Shown in pieces: positions 1-11,898 of a stretch of DNA of 64,000 nt. Made by a program: the position numbers and the translations under genes. How positions within the stretch are numbered: the first letter of the stretch is position 1; each line of letters begins with the position of its first letter. A model generated the notes under the pieces. It worked only from the letters and a program-made list of their open reading frames with translations. It had not been told where the DNA came from and made no database searches. Source of the stretch: Malacoraja senta (taxonomy: Eukaryota). The stretch lies in assembly GCA_038087875.1 (NCBI GenBank), contig CM075989.1, positions 4,402,001 through 4,466,000 of the forward strand, read 5' to 3'.

Positions 1-40
1 ATCACTATCTATATTCATGGTTAGAAAATAAGAAAAAAAG

Positions 41-320
41 CTTCATGGCTATTGAAGTGGTTTTGAAATGTATTCATTGATGTAATAGAGACTGCACACC
101 AGCCAATGTGAACACAGCAGGAAGCTACAGAGAACTACCAGATAAATGACCAGATAATCTCTTTTAATGATATTGGTTAAAGTGGAAGTGTTGGACAGGT
201 CACCAGGTAAACTCCACCATTCTCCTGTTGAGCAGAGCAATGGGATCTTTCCCACCTATATGAAGGAGTAGACAAACCTTGGTTTAACCAACGTCTGAAG
301 GACACTCTCACGGGACTGCA
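41..320 (-). mobile_element. Old Deu-domain SINE (SacSINE1/AmnSINE1-like), degraded
   Basis: The minus strand shows the Deu-domain motifs in order: GTTAAACCAAGG..AAAGATCCCATTGC..AACCAATATCATTAAAAGAGATTATCTGGTCATT..CATTGGCTG..TTTCAAAACCACTTCAATAGC. Recognised by eye. Confidence 0.7.
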
Positions 321-460
321 TGAGAACCCTGAGAATGTATATCGTAAGCGACCCATACTCTGCAGAGTAGATAAGGAAGGTAAAACAAGTGGTAGGACAA
401 AGCTCCATTTTCTCAACCTACTGTTCTACTTCTGCAAGAGAAGCAAAGCAATATAAGCAT

Positions 461-680
461 GGTGGCGCAGCGCTAGAGTTTCAGCCTTACAGCACCAGAG
501 ACCCAGGTTTGATCCTGACTATGGGTGCTGCCTGTACGGAGTATGTACGTTCCCTCCCTGACCTGCATGGGTTTGCGCCAGGCGTTCCCTAGTGTGTGTA
601 GGATAGCGCTTGTGTGTGGGGATCGCTGGTCGGCACGGACTTGGTGGGCCGAAGGGCCTGTTTCCGTGCTGTATCGCTAC
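461..680 (+). mobile_element. HE1-type V-SINE, internally deleted
   Basis: tRNA-like head (TGGCGCAGCG..GGTTTGATCC) and CR1-like tail GGGCCGAAGGGCCTGTTTCC. Confidence 0.85.
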
Positions 681-695
681 ACCAAACAAAACTGA

Positions 696-783
696 ACAAA
701 GTGCTGGAGTAACTCAGTGGGTCAGGCAGTATTTCTGGAGAACATGGATAGGTGACGTTATGGCTCAGGATACTTCTTCAGAC
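696..783 (-). mobile_element. Penelope-type hairpin-family arm
   Basis: AAAGTGCTGGAGTAACTCAG..GGTGACGTT..CTTCTTCAGAC matches the other copies in the window. Confidence 0.7.
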
Positions 784-937
784 AGAAATAAAGATGAAGT
801 ACCTACATTTTAATAAACCTATTTGGGTAGAAATCTGGTTCGGCAATGGCAGTGGACAAAAAGTAAGTGTCTAAACTATCAGCAAAGAATTATTTTGAGA
901 AGGGTTAATTTTTTAGGAAATTCCTGTTTTTTCATGT

Positions 938-1010
938 ATAATAATAATAATAATGAATTTTATTTACGGGCGCCTTATACCGAGGTCTCAAGGACACCTT
1001 ACAGAGATTT
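938..1010 (-). mobile_element. LINE/SINE 3' tail with (TTA)n, L2-like
   Basis: (ATA)n run followed by TTTATTTACGGGCGCCTT..CTCAAGGACACCTTACA. Confidence 0.45.
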
Positions 1011-1401
1011 ATAGGAAACATATAATCAGAATTTAAAAAATAAGTTATAAAGACCAATACACAAATCAGGGACAGAATTCCTTCCAAAAAGACAAAAAAA
1101 GAAAATCAGAAGCACAATTTGAGGAGAGAGCAGCGGCAGTATAGATTGGCAATCCCAGTTCACTTTGATCATTTATTAGTAGTGAAAGGGTTCTCAATGG
1201 TGTCTGTACACCCCCCTGATAGCTTTTGGCTATCCGAGTGTTGTTGTCCTTTAGGCAAGAGCGCCGTTGAGTTTGACCATCACTTGCCTCTCCCAGTCAG
1301 ACCTTGACCATGTCCAAAATGCATATATCATTCGCCCTCAGACGCAAATCCAATTAAGTTTCACTTGGTCTTTGATCCGAATTGTACAATGTACAGCTCT
1401 G

Positions 1402-1702
1402 ATGGGGGGGGGGGGGGTCCCGGACAGGGGTGAGGGGGGGACGCACCGAGAATGAAGCGGGGACTCATCGGGGGTACACCTAAAATGAAGGGGAACTAGT
1501 GGAGAGGGGGGAGGGTCTTGCTGCCACCACGTGCAGCAGTAGAAGGGACTCTTCGGTGATCTTTTGTAACTTTGTCAGTGCCAAAATGTGGTGACACTTG
1601 TGTACTGCCTAGGTGAGGTCTGCTACATGTTTTTACTGGGTTGTATGTAAAACAAAGCATTTCAGTGTACCTGCGACATGCAACAATAAAGTATCATTGA
1701 AT
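1402..1702 (+). mobile_element. G-rich non-autonomous retroelement 3' part with Rex1-type tail
   Basis: Ends in AAAACAAAGCATTTCAGTGTACC..CAATAAAGTA, the same ending as 25255-25409. Confidence 0.55.
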
Positions 1703-2347
1703 CCTTGAAAGTTTCCCCGATGCCACTAATACAACGTTGTGGAGGCCAACACAACAAGCATTTCAACCTCCACTTGTCCCATTCTCACCTCCATACCATC
1801 CCACTCTTTTCCAACCCAACAGATTTGAGTCTGCCTACATCCAAAATAAAACCATTGCCATATTACGAGGTACATCAGTGGAAGCCCAATCAATAATCAA
1901 GTACTTTACTGGACACTAGATGAGCAACCAGAGCAGCCTTGAAGATATCAGGAATTTCCATAAAACTGTCAAAACAATTCTTACCAGATAGTGTAGACAC
2001 TTCTTTTGTGTCCTAAAGCCATTGCCAAAATAGGCACAAGAGCAACAAGGGGTATATTTTTTTCTCCTCACGTTTTCTATAATTTCCCTGGTCTCTACAA
2101 AACCATCAGACATAGGAGCAGAATAAGGCCATTAAACGGCCAGGAACATTCAAAAAAGTGGTGGACACTGCCAATCCATACCTCCGTACCCTCGAAGGGA
2201 CCTCTGGAAGGCACTGCCTCAAAATTGCAGCCAGCATTATCCGGGACAAACACCATCCTGGCCATGGTCTCATTTCACTCCTGCATCAAGAACGAGGTAT
2301 AGGAGACTGAAAACTGTAACCTGCACATTCGGAAAGAACAACCGGAA

Positions 2348-2696
2348 GGGGTGGCAGAGTGTGGTGTTGCTGCCTTACAGCACCAGAGACCCAGGTTCGA
2401 TCCTGACTACGGGTGTTGTCTGTACAGAGTTCTCCCCGTGACCAGGTGGGTTTTCCCCAGGTGCTCTGGTTTCCTCCCACACTCCAAAGACGTGCAGGTT
2501 TGTAGGTTAATTTGGATTTGGTGAAATAAAATTGTAAATTGGCCCCAAGTGTGTGTCGGATTGTGTTAGCATATGGGGATCATTGGTTGGCACGGACTTG
2601 GTGGCCCAAAGGGCTTGTTTCCACACTGTATCCCTAAACTAAACTAAACTAAACTAAACTTAAACTTAAACTAATCTAAACTAAACTGAACTAAAC
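2348..2696 (+). mobile_element. HE1-type V-SINE with (AAACT)n tail
   Basis: B-box GGTTCGATCC, V-domain, and long AAACT tail. Confidence 0.9.
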
Positions 2697-2773
2697 CATC
2701 AGGCTCTTGAACACTACACTAATTAAACATTGACTAAGAACTGTTTTGGCTGCACTAAGGACTTTGAGGCTTA

Positions 2774-2984
2774 AAGCCCTGTCCCACAGTACGAGTTCAT
2801 TTCAAGAGCTCTACCGAGTTTGCCCTGATTCGAACTCGGAGATTTACGGTAATGGCCACTCGGGTACTCGGGTACTCGGGTACTCGGGGCTCTCGTGGAC
2901 ATTTTTCAACATGTTGAAAAATCTTCACGAGTCTTCCCATGCTTACCTGCCGTTAGCGAGTCTTCCCGAGTACCTGCCGTTAGG
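2774..2984. mobile_element. PIF/Harbinger-like MITE, left part only
   Basis: TTA followed by AAGCCCTGTCCCAC (the family terminus) and ACTCG/CGAGT subterminal repeats. The right terminal inverted repeat (TIR) is missing. Confidence 0.6.
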
Positions 2985-2985
2985 T

Positions 2986-3570
2986 GATGGAAGTCCGACT
3001 TCTGGACAGGAGGACATCCTCAGCAGCTTGGACATCCGAATCGGCCACCTCCTACCAGAGTCCGCGGCTCCCGAAGTCCACAGGCCACGCTGAGTGGAGA
3101 TGCAACGCTGGCGGCCCTCGGCAAAGGGCCCCAGTACTCCGCGATGTTGAAGTCAGTGCCGCCCACGCTGGAAGCTCTACGAACCACAGCTCCACGATGT
3201 TGAAGCAGCAGGCCCAACACTCCGGAGCTTCAACGGCGATCCAGGTAGGCATCGCCCGCTCCGCGGTGTATCCAGCGCTGCGCCGCCGCTGCTGAAGCTA
3301 TGGTCCGGGTCCCCGGCAGGAAAGGCCGCTCCAATCCAGGTGGTAGGCCGCGAGGAGGGGCGGGCGAGGACGCGACTCGGATAATAGTCGCGTCCTTGCC
3401 AGGAAGTGACTGGGAAACGGTTTCCCCCTTACCCTCCCCCCCTCCCCCACATAGAAAAGCTAAAGAAATCTCCAAAACAAACTTTTAAAACAGACAAAAT
3501 GTTTTTAAAAAGACAGAAAAACAGACAGACTGTAGGTAGAGGCTGCCATCAATGCGGCGCCCCTAGTGGC
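2986..3570 (-). mobile_element. GC-rich non-autonomous retroelement, 5' part
   Basis: Shares AAACGGTTTCCCCCTTACCC with 8343-9240 and AGACAGACTGT..GAGGC with 20595-20990. Confidence 0.65.
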
Positions 3571-3654
3571 CCCATTATAATGTATTGAGTTTTTTTGTTT
3601 ATTATGTTATCTGTGAGGACTGTGTTTAATGAACTGTTTTGCAGCTGCAAGTAA

Positions 3655-4130
3655 AGGGCCTGTCCCACCAGCATGCGACTGCATGCGGCAAGCGCGACCT
3701 AATGTGGTCGCTTGAGCCGTACGGCCTCGCGGGGCCGGTCGCACTTCGATCGCCGGAGCCGTATGGAGTTGTGCGGAGCTGGTCCCGACATCGCGCAGGG
3801 ATCCGAAAAACTGACACTGTTCAAAAATCCCACGCGGCAACGGCCTGCCGGCCCGCAGCCGCCTCGACGCCGTACACACCGCCTCGACGGGCGTGCGCAG
3901 CGTCTCGACACCGTACGTCACGCGAGAACTTCCCACAGACTTCGCTCGAACTTCACGTCAATCACTCGACCTCCGCGCGGCCCCCGCTTCTGGTTTGGTC
4001 GCGCTCGCCGCATGTAGTTCCATGCTGGTGGGACCGGCCCTGTACGGGGATCACTCGACCTCCGCGCGGCCCCCGCTTCCGGTTAGGTCGCACTTGCCGC
4101 ATGCAGTCGCATGCTCGTGGGTCAGGCCCT
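3655..4130. mobile_element. PIF/Harbinger-like MITE, complete
   Basis: ~47-bp TIRs starting AGGGCCTGTCCCAC. TAA TSD at 3652-3654 and 4131-4133. Removing the element restores the host LINE tail GCAAGTAAGAATATCATTG. Confidence 0.9.
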
Positions 4131-4454
4131 TAAGAATATCATTGTTCCGTTTTTGGTTGCTAAGATAATTAAACACTGTTGACTTCATTCTTGATACTAT
4201 CTGTTTTTTTTATAATTCTAGGTAGGAGTCTCAGGGAGCTTTGGGCTTCAAGTGTCAAGACACCAATAATGATGCTCATAAAATGAATAAATTGTGAAAT
4301 AGCTAATGCCGGCGAGGAAAGGACATTTGCCATCCTTTGGTCACTTTCACTGGGCTTGTATGTCGAGTTTTTATTTCAGGGCAATAAATGCTGCCCATGC
4401 TTGTGATGCTCTTATCGTTGTAACAAATAACCTGGATCAAACCAAAGCACTGTG

Positions 4455-4757
4455 GACAGCATGGTGGCGCAGCAGTAGAGTTGCTGCCTTACAGCGCCAG
4501 ATACCTGGGTTTGATCCTGACTACCGGGGCTGTCTGTGTGGTGTTTGTACCTTCTCCCCGTGACCTGCAATGGTTTTCACCGGGTGCCCCAGTTTCCTCA
4601 CACACTCCAAAGACGTACAGGTTTGTAGGTTAATTGACTTTGGTAAAGATTGTAAATTGTTCCTCCTGTGTAGGATAGTGTACAGGGATTGCTGTTCAGT
4701 GCAGACTCGGTGGGGCAAAGGGCCTGTTTCCGCAGTGTATCTCTAAACTAAACTAAA
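4455..4757 (+). mobile_element. HE1-type V-SINE
   Basis: Head, V-domain and AAACT tail are all present. Confidence 0.9.
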
Positions 4758-5549
4758 CACTGCCTTCGAGGAATTAGTGTTGCAAACATTCCCTGTTTGT
4801 GACATCGAAACACAACAGTGCTTCGAGATATACCTTGAAATCAGCTGAAGAACTAATTGTCTCCTTTCTCTTGGAGAATCCCCTCAATCTCCCTCATCCT
4901 TTCTCCCTAAAGTGCACAAAGACCACTCTTGGTGAAAACCACCATTGCTCCTAGTTTTACCTTAAACTAAGGTACGCCATAAAGGTGTCTGGCAGGATAA
5001 TGTTGCCTGGGCCTTTGGTGTGAATCAGGCCAAAAAATAAATTGCTGGCACTGAAAGAAACTGGCTCACCGACGACGACAAGATGTAATGAGTAACCCTG
5101 CCCTGACGTGTTGCAGGATTTTAGCCCATGAATTACGAGTGAGGAATGATCGCAGGTGCCGTTTGTTGTTTCACCCCAGGACACCATTAACCCAGATCCT
5201 GCTTCGTGCTTCATACTACGCAATCACGGACAAGCCCACAGCTGCACAACGCTCTCTAAATGAGGAGCAGATGCTAAAGAATGTAAAATATTCCATCAAA
5301 CAGCCAGGCCTTAATGCCTTCATGAAGATCTGTCCATTACCAAAGGAAAAAAAACCTTCACTCTATAAAACATACAATTGGAAGAACAAATCTCTATCCT
5401 ATCTCTTCAAATTCTTCCAAACATTTTATGCAGTAAGGATTTCTCACCCCAAATATTTTTATATTCTCAATATTTTTCTGAAATAATTTTTGTTCTCAAT
5501 TAATAATGCCTCATAGTGAAGCTGTGTTATTGATATACTTAGTTAACTG

Positions 5550-5775
5550 TTCTCTCTGCATTTGCATGTGCTTCCTCTGGGTACCACAATTTCCTCCCAC
5601 ATCCCAAAGATGTGCGGATTTGCTGGGGGTAATTGGCCTCTGTAAATTGCCTCAAGTGTGGATGAGAAAATGGGATAACAGAGAACTAATGTGAATGGGT
5701 GATCCATGGTCGACGTAGAACTAAATGGGCCAAAGGGCCTCTTTCCATGCTGTATCTTTCAAATAATCAATCAAT
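5550..5775 (+). mobile_element. HE1-type V-SINE, older subfamily, 3' half
   Basis: TTTCCTCCCACATCCCAAAGATGTGCGG..GGGCCAAAGGGCCT with a CAAT tail. Confidence 0.75.
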
Positions 5776-5802
5776 CTTCACTTCAGCATAAGGAAGCTCA
5801 AT

Positions 5803-6072
5803 GTTTAGTTTAGAGATACTGCGCGCAAACCGGCCTTTCGGCCCACCGAGCCTGCGCTGACCTGCGATCCCCACACACTAACATTATCCTACACACACTA
5901 GGGACAATTTACAATTTTACCATGCCAATTGGCCTACAAACGTGTACGTCTTCGGAGTGTGGGAGGAAACCGAAGCACCCGGAGAAAACCCAGCGCAGGT
6001 CACGGGGAGAACGTACAAACTCCATACAAACAAGCACTCGTAGTCAGGGTCGAACCCGGGTCTCTGGTGCTG
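5803..6072 (-). mobile_element. HE1-type V-SINE
   Basis: Reverse complement of the family consensus. Confidence 0.9.
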
Positions 6073-6524
6073 CTTTGGTGAATTTATCTGATTAGGCCCC
6101 TACTGGGTTATGGTGTACAAATGTTTGAAGGTTGGGCCTCTTACCAGACCTTACTGATGATTTCACATAGTCAAAATAATTCCCTGAATGACAACTTCTC
6201 CTCGAATTTTATGTTCTCCCATGGTTTGTAATTGATTGTTCTGTCATGGTTAAATGTTTATTTAGTTGTTTTTTAAAATATATCCATGAAAATGATTTAA
6301 CAATGCAAACAAATCAATTTTCAAATTACTAATTTCTCTGCCGCAGTTAAAGGCTTCTTTCGGTATTAGTTATAGTTTTGTAATATTAGGTGTACATCAG
6401 TGATATATCCCACATTTCTCAGTCGTTTAATCTGTACATGGTACAATGTAATAGATTTGTATTTCATAATTGTGCTTTGAAATGTACTTACACCCAAAAC
6501 TTTAACCCACCTTTTTAACTTTCA

Positions 6525-6863
6525 GGTGTAGGAAGGAACTGCAGATACTGGTTTACACCGAAGATAGACGCAAAATGCTGGAGTAACCCAGCGGGACGGG
6601 CAGCATCTCTGGAGAGAAGAAATGGGTGATGTTTCGGGTGGAGACCCTTCTTCAGACTTAGTGTCAGGGGAAAGGGAAACTAGAGAAACGCCTGCTGTGA
6701 TCTCTTTTCACACCTTACATTCTCTTCGTACCCTTCTATATCTCTAGTTTCCCTCTCCCCTGACTCTCAGTCTGAAGAAAGGTCTCGACCGGAAACATCA
6801 CCCATTCCTTCCCTCTTGAGATTCTGTCTGTTCCGCTGAGTTACACCAGCATTTTGTGTCTAG
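6525..6863. mobile_element. Penelope-type inverted-repeat element
   Basis: Inverted arms at ~6565-6690 and ~6740-6863. CTGAAGA..GAAAC core at ~6772-6796. Confidence 0.75.
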
Positions 6864-8052
6864 CTTTTGGACTGACATGTCTTAATGGCATTATCTATAA
6901 TGTTTCTTGTAGCAACGATCAGTTGGTCTGTGGCACCCTGCAAGTGTTTAACTTCTGACAGTCAACGAGATCGTTAAAATAAGAAGATATACAAGGTGGA
7001 TGAAAGCTGGAATAGATATTTCAGATTAAATTGGATTTGTTATAAACGTTAGCCTATCTTTTGTCTTTCAGGTGCTGTTGAATACCCTTTGTGTTTCCAG
7101 CGCTTCTATCCTCACAATGAACACATTCATTCTAGAGCCAAATCATGCATCCTTTATTCAATTAAGGCATCGTTTAACACTCAATAACTGGCCTTCGTTT
7201 CCAAGCAGAAGTTGACAAAATTATGTTCGGACATCCACGTTCAGACTCTGTTTCAAAGTTTTATGTCATTCCGTTTAACTTTTAGCTTGCGAGTGACATC
7301 TAGAAAACCGATTGCCCTTTCGGGTTTACGCAAGGAGGCTATTTTCATTTAAACTCTGAGCATTAGAAAGAATCCCAATCCAAAGCCAGAGGGAGGCTGC
7401 CAGTGAAAAAACAGCGGACAACGGGAATGATAAAAATGACGGAAAATTGAACTGTATCTAATGCTTCCTGTTCAAGAACCATTTATGGCTTTATCAAATT
7501 AACAAGCAAAGCACAGTCTGGATGCACATCATTCCTGGCTGCAGTATTTGTTAGTGAATGGTGTCAAATTGAATTCCGCGATGAGTTTTTCAGATTATAT
7601 CTATCTATTCCTTTATTACACTCAATAGTAAAAAAATTGTGAGTGATTAAATAGAATTTCCTAGTGCATTGAGTACATTGCTTTGTCATTACTAGCATCT
7701 AGTGAGGGAGATAGGAGCATGGTTAAATAGAAAACAGTTCTCACAATTAAACAATTCTCATTTCAAAAGCAGAGCACGCATTCGAATTTTTCTGATTTCG
7801 AAGCCATCGTAACATTATCGAAAGAGACCCTTGTTCTAAAGAAAACACTACATTCATTTTTCAGGGAAACATCGAATTCAAGAGCCAGCATCCTCACCTT
7901 TCCTCACCGGCGCTATCACCCAAAAGGCAGACAATAAGATGAATTGGGAGTCATTCTGAGTACATTGAGATATTTCATATCTAAATCAATTGATATCAGC
8001 ATTTTACAAAGCATATCAAGTCAAATAAAATGATTCTCTCCATCATTGGGTG

Positions 8053-8130
8053 GGGATCGCTGGTCGGTGCAGACTCAGTGAGCCGAAGGACCTGTTTCTG
8101 CGCTGTATCTCTAGACTAAACTAAACTAAA
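8053..8130 (+). mobile_element. HE1 SINE tail fragment
   Basis: GGGGATCGCTGGTCGG..GTATCTCTAGACTAAACTAAA. Confidence 0.8.
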
Positions 8131-8342
8131 AATGCTTCCAAAAAGGTGGACATTTTCTCTGACGGTTCTCCATCTAAGACACTGACCTCATGTTACGAAT
8201 GCTGAGGTGCCAGATTTACTTGGCTTTGATACTTGCTTTCACCAGAGCTAAGAACATTTTCGATTTTACTGGCAGCCCAGTAGACTCCTGAAGCTATTAT
8301 TGGGTTTAACACCAATAGGAAAGAGGGCAAGGGGAAATGTTT

Positions 8343-9240
8343 CAATCAATCAATCAATCAAGTTTTATACGTCACTTGCACACAAGTGGAAGTGAAATGA
8401 ATTTGCCAGCAGAGGGTACAATAAGAAAGAACACACAATACACAATTTAAAAAAAAAACACAAACATCCACCACAACATTCATCACTGTGGTGGAAGGCA
8501 CAAAATTTGGCCAGTCCTCCTCCGTTTTCCCCCGTGGTCGGGACCTCAATCCTCCGCAGTTGCTGCTGCGGGCGTCCAGATGTACAGACAGGGTAAGTCC
8601 AGGTAAGTCCTGAATCGGTGCCTCCCCACCGGAAACCGGCGGTTGAAGATTTAAAGTCCCCGCCGCGCCGCAGCCAAAAGCACCGCAGACAGCAGGGCCG
8701 GCGGTCAGAGCTCCTCTCCAGGGATCCCCGGCGAGGGACCCCGCTCCGGACAGTAAGTCCCCGCCGCGCCCGCAGTAGAAGTTGGCCGCGGGCCGGCGGT
8801 CGGAGCTCTTCTCCTCCCGGGTCCCCAACGAGGGATCCCAGGCTGCGGACGCTGCGCCAGCTGGAGCTCCGCAGATCGCGGCTTCAGGCTGCCGCGGGCC
8901 ATCGAACGTAGCGCTCCCCTCCGGCGACCCCGGCGAGGGCTCGCCCGCTCTGTGACGATAGTCCGCACTGCGCCCGCAGCCAAAGCCCCGGGCCGTCTCC
9001 GGGAAAGGCCGCACCGATTCTTGCTGTTAGGCCACAGGAAGGCGACATGGAAAAAGTCGCCTTTCCGTGGAGGAGGCGACCGAAACGGTTTCCCCCTTAC
9101 CCCCCCCCACACCACTCCCCACACAAGACACACCGAGAAACATTAAAAACATACATTGGGACATACTAAAAAAACAAAAAAAGTAGGGGAAAAAATGAAC
9201 ACGCTGCTGGCAGGGCTGCTGGCTTGCAGCGCCCCCACCG
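8343..9240 (-). mobile_element. GC-rich non-autonomous retroelement, apparently full length
   Basis: CpG-rich body. The minus-strand 3' end is ATTTCACTTCCACTTGTGTGCAAGTGACGTATAAAAC followed by (TTGA)n. The 5' end is homologous to the copies ending at 3570 and 20990. Confidence 0.7.
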
Positions 9241-9402
9241 TTTGAATAATATTTAAGCATGTTTAGAACAAACTAATCTGTTTTGATTTCGTTTGAAGTG
9301 ATCATGTATATAACACTTTTAATAAAAATCATAAAGGAAAAACATGACCCTTCTTTTCCCTGCCTGGATAATAACCATATATTATTATATTATATATTCA
9401 TT

Positions 9403-9498
9403 AGATAGATACAAGGTGCTGGAGTATGGAGTAACTCAGCAGGTTAGGCAGCATCTCTGGAGGAAGAGATGTTTTGCATCGGAACCCTTCTTCAGACT
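9403..9498 (-). mobile_element. Penelope-type arm
   Basis: AGATACAAGGTGCTGGAGTA..GGAACCCTTCTTCAGAC. Confidence 0.7.
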
Positions 9499-9766
9499 TA
9501 TACATATATATATATATATATATATACATTGAATATTGCTTTATCTGCATTTGGATTTCTTTGCTTTTCTGCAAATGCTTCTGCAATGGTTTGGTAATAT
9601 AATGCATTAGTGACACAATACCTTGGAAGTAAGGCCACTTGAAAATACCAGTTGTTATCGCAATTGTCAGGCAAGTGCAGACATATGTAAAAAAAGAGTC
9701 AAAACTTAATACAACATGGACTTTGACTTAACAAAATTTTGTTCGCAAGGTTTGAATATTGTCACA

Positions 9767-10178
9767 AAGATAGACACAAAGTGCTGGAGTAACTCAGCAG
9801 GCCAGGCAGCATCTCCGGAGAAAAAGGCTGGGTGACGTTTCGGGTCGGGTCCGTTCTACAGACTTTCTGAAGACTGTATAAATTCTCACACATGATGTTC
9901 CTGCTCATCCTGTGCTCCTGTGCCCCAGAGCAGTCACGTCCCACGTTCAGACACAAGGAACTGCAGATGCTGGCTTACAAAAAAGGCACAAAGTGCTGGA
10001 GTAACTTAGTGGTGGACAAAAATGCTGGAGAAACTCAGCGGGTGAGGCAGCATCTATGGAGCGAAGGAAATAGGCGACGTTTCAGGTCGAGACCCTTCTT
10101 CAAACTGAGTGGGTCAGGCAGGATCTCTGGAGAACATGGATGGGTGATGTTTCTGGTCGGAACCCTTCTTCAGACTGA
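9767..10178 (-). mobile_element. Cluster of Penelope-type arms including a nested young mini-copy at ~10011-10105
   Basis: Three family copies. The inner copy is flanked by AACTTAGT and AACTGAGT. Confidence 0.7.
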
Positions 10179-10714
10179 AACATTATCACATTCACTACTT
10201 GCTTAATAGGATGCTATGTGATTAGTAAAATAATACTACAATTCAGAAAGATTGTAACGACTATATTTTGGAAATTGCTGTCATAGTTCTATTGTCTGGG
10301 GTGATCGCTCTGAGAGATTTTGTTTGAAGGGAAGATTGCATCCCAGCCCTTCTCATTCCAAAAGGAATTCTTATTCATTACCATTTACATTTGGCATCTT
10401 GTCACCTTCTTCCTGTGGGGATAAATCAGGATGGAAATTCAAAGCTGAACCTCGTCAATGCCACTCACTTATAAGGAGAGAATTTATTAAAAAAGTAGAA
10501 GAGGAAAGGAAATGTGTTCATTTGGAAACAAATATTGCACCATAAGCAAAAGCCACTATCCAGTGAGGCAGTTGCGTGTCCTGCTGACAATTTAAATGAT
10601 CATCATCCATTCCTCCAAGAAGAATCAAGGAACTGTGCATTGGGAATCTCTTAACTTTCTGTACTGCGACAAGATCGGTATAAGGAAGGCAAATGCACGC
10701 TAGCATTTATTTCG

Positions 10715-11898
10715 AGAGTAGTAGAATATAAAAACAGGGATGTGATGCTGAGGCTTTATAAGGCACTGTTCAGACCGCATTTGAAGTATTGTGAAGCATT
10801 TCTGGCCCCATATCTGAGGAAGGATGAGAGGGTCCAGAGGAGGTTTACGAGACTGATCCCAGGAACGTGTGGTGTTTTGTCCACCACTTATGATGAGCTT
10901 TTTCCAGCACTTGCTGGAGTTTAGAAGGATGAGGAGGAACCACGTTAAAATTTACCGAATAGTGAAAGGCTTGGATAGAGTGGATGTGGAGAGGATGTTT
11001 CCATGAGTGGGAGAGTCTAGGACCAGAATAGGCCTCAGAATAAAAGGATGTACCTGTAAAAAGGAGATGAAGGGGAATTTCTCTAGTCAGAGGGTGGTGA
11101 ACTGGTGGGATTCATTGCCACAGACAGCTGTGAAGGCCGACAATATTTTTAAGGCAGAGATTGACAGATTCTTGATTAGTACGGGTGTCAGGGGTTATGG
11201 GGAGAAGGCAGGAGAATGTGGTTGAGAGGGAATGATAGATCAGCCATGATCGAATGGTGGAATAGACTTTATGGTCGGAGAGTCGGTTTGTCAAGGAGGA
11301 CTCTCTCTAACTTCTACAGGTGCACAGTAGAGAGCATGCTGACCGGTTGCATCATGGCTTGGTTCGGCAACTTGAGTGCCCTGGAGAGGAAAAGACTACA
11401 AAAAGTAGTAAACACTGCCCAGTCCATCATCGGCTCTGACCTCCCTTCCATCGAGGGGATCTACCACAGTCGCTGCCTCAAAAAGGCTGGCAGCATCATT
11501 ATAGACCCACATCATCCTGGCCACACACTGATCTCCCTGCTACCTTCAGGTAGAAGGTACAGGAGCCTGAAGACTGCAACGACCAGGTTCAGGAATAGCT
11601 ACTTCCCCTCGGCCATCAGGTTATTAAACTTGGCTCGGACAAAACTCTGAACATTAATAACCCATTATCTGTTATTTGCACTTTATCAGTTTATTTATTC
11701 AAGTGTGTATATATTTATATAATGGTATATGGACACACTGATCCGTTCTGTAGTCATGCCTACTATGTTCTGTTGTGCTGAAGCAAAGCAAGAATTTCAT
11801 TGTCCGATCAGGGACACATGACAATAAACTCACTTGAATCTTGAATCTTGAATGGGCTGAATGGCCTAATTCTGCTCCTATAATTTATGAACATGAAC
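10715..11898 (+). mobile_element. CR1 (HER1-like) LINE 3' end, interrupted by a Rex1 insertion
   Basis: ORF fragments LYKALFRPHLKYC..VQRRFTRLIPG and SQRVVNWWDSLPQ. The 3' UTR resumes at ~11852 (TGGGCTGAATGGCCTAATTCTGCTCC). Confidence 0.85.
11275..11851 (+). mobile_element. Rex1/Babar-type LINE 3' end
   Basis: [41 protein letters not shown]. Tail GACAATAAAC followed by (TTGAATC)n. Confidence 0.9.

Larger units (their letters stand above)
2150..4185 (+). mobile_element. Rex1/Babar-type LINE 3' end interrupted by four nested insertions
   Basis: AAAAAGTGGTGGACACTGCC..CACCATCCTGGCC..GGTATAGGAGACTGAAAACTG matches the ORF2 C-terminus at 11275-11650. It resumes at ~2696 (CCATCAGGCTCTTGAAC), at ~3575-3654 and at 4131-4185 (TAAGAATATCATTGTT). 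Confidence 0.7.

Noticed and set aside
8358..9133. GC-rich ORFs (218 aa and 142 aa) or a host CpG-island promoter
   Set aside because: Stops are scarce because of the GC content. The region is a dispersed repeat with relatives at 2986 and 20595.
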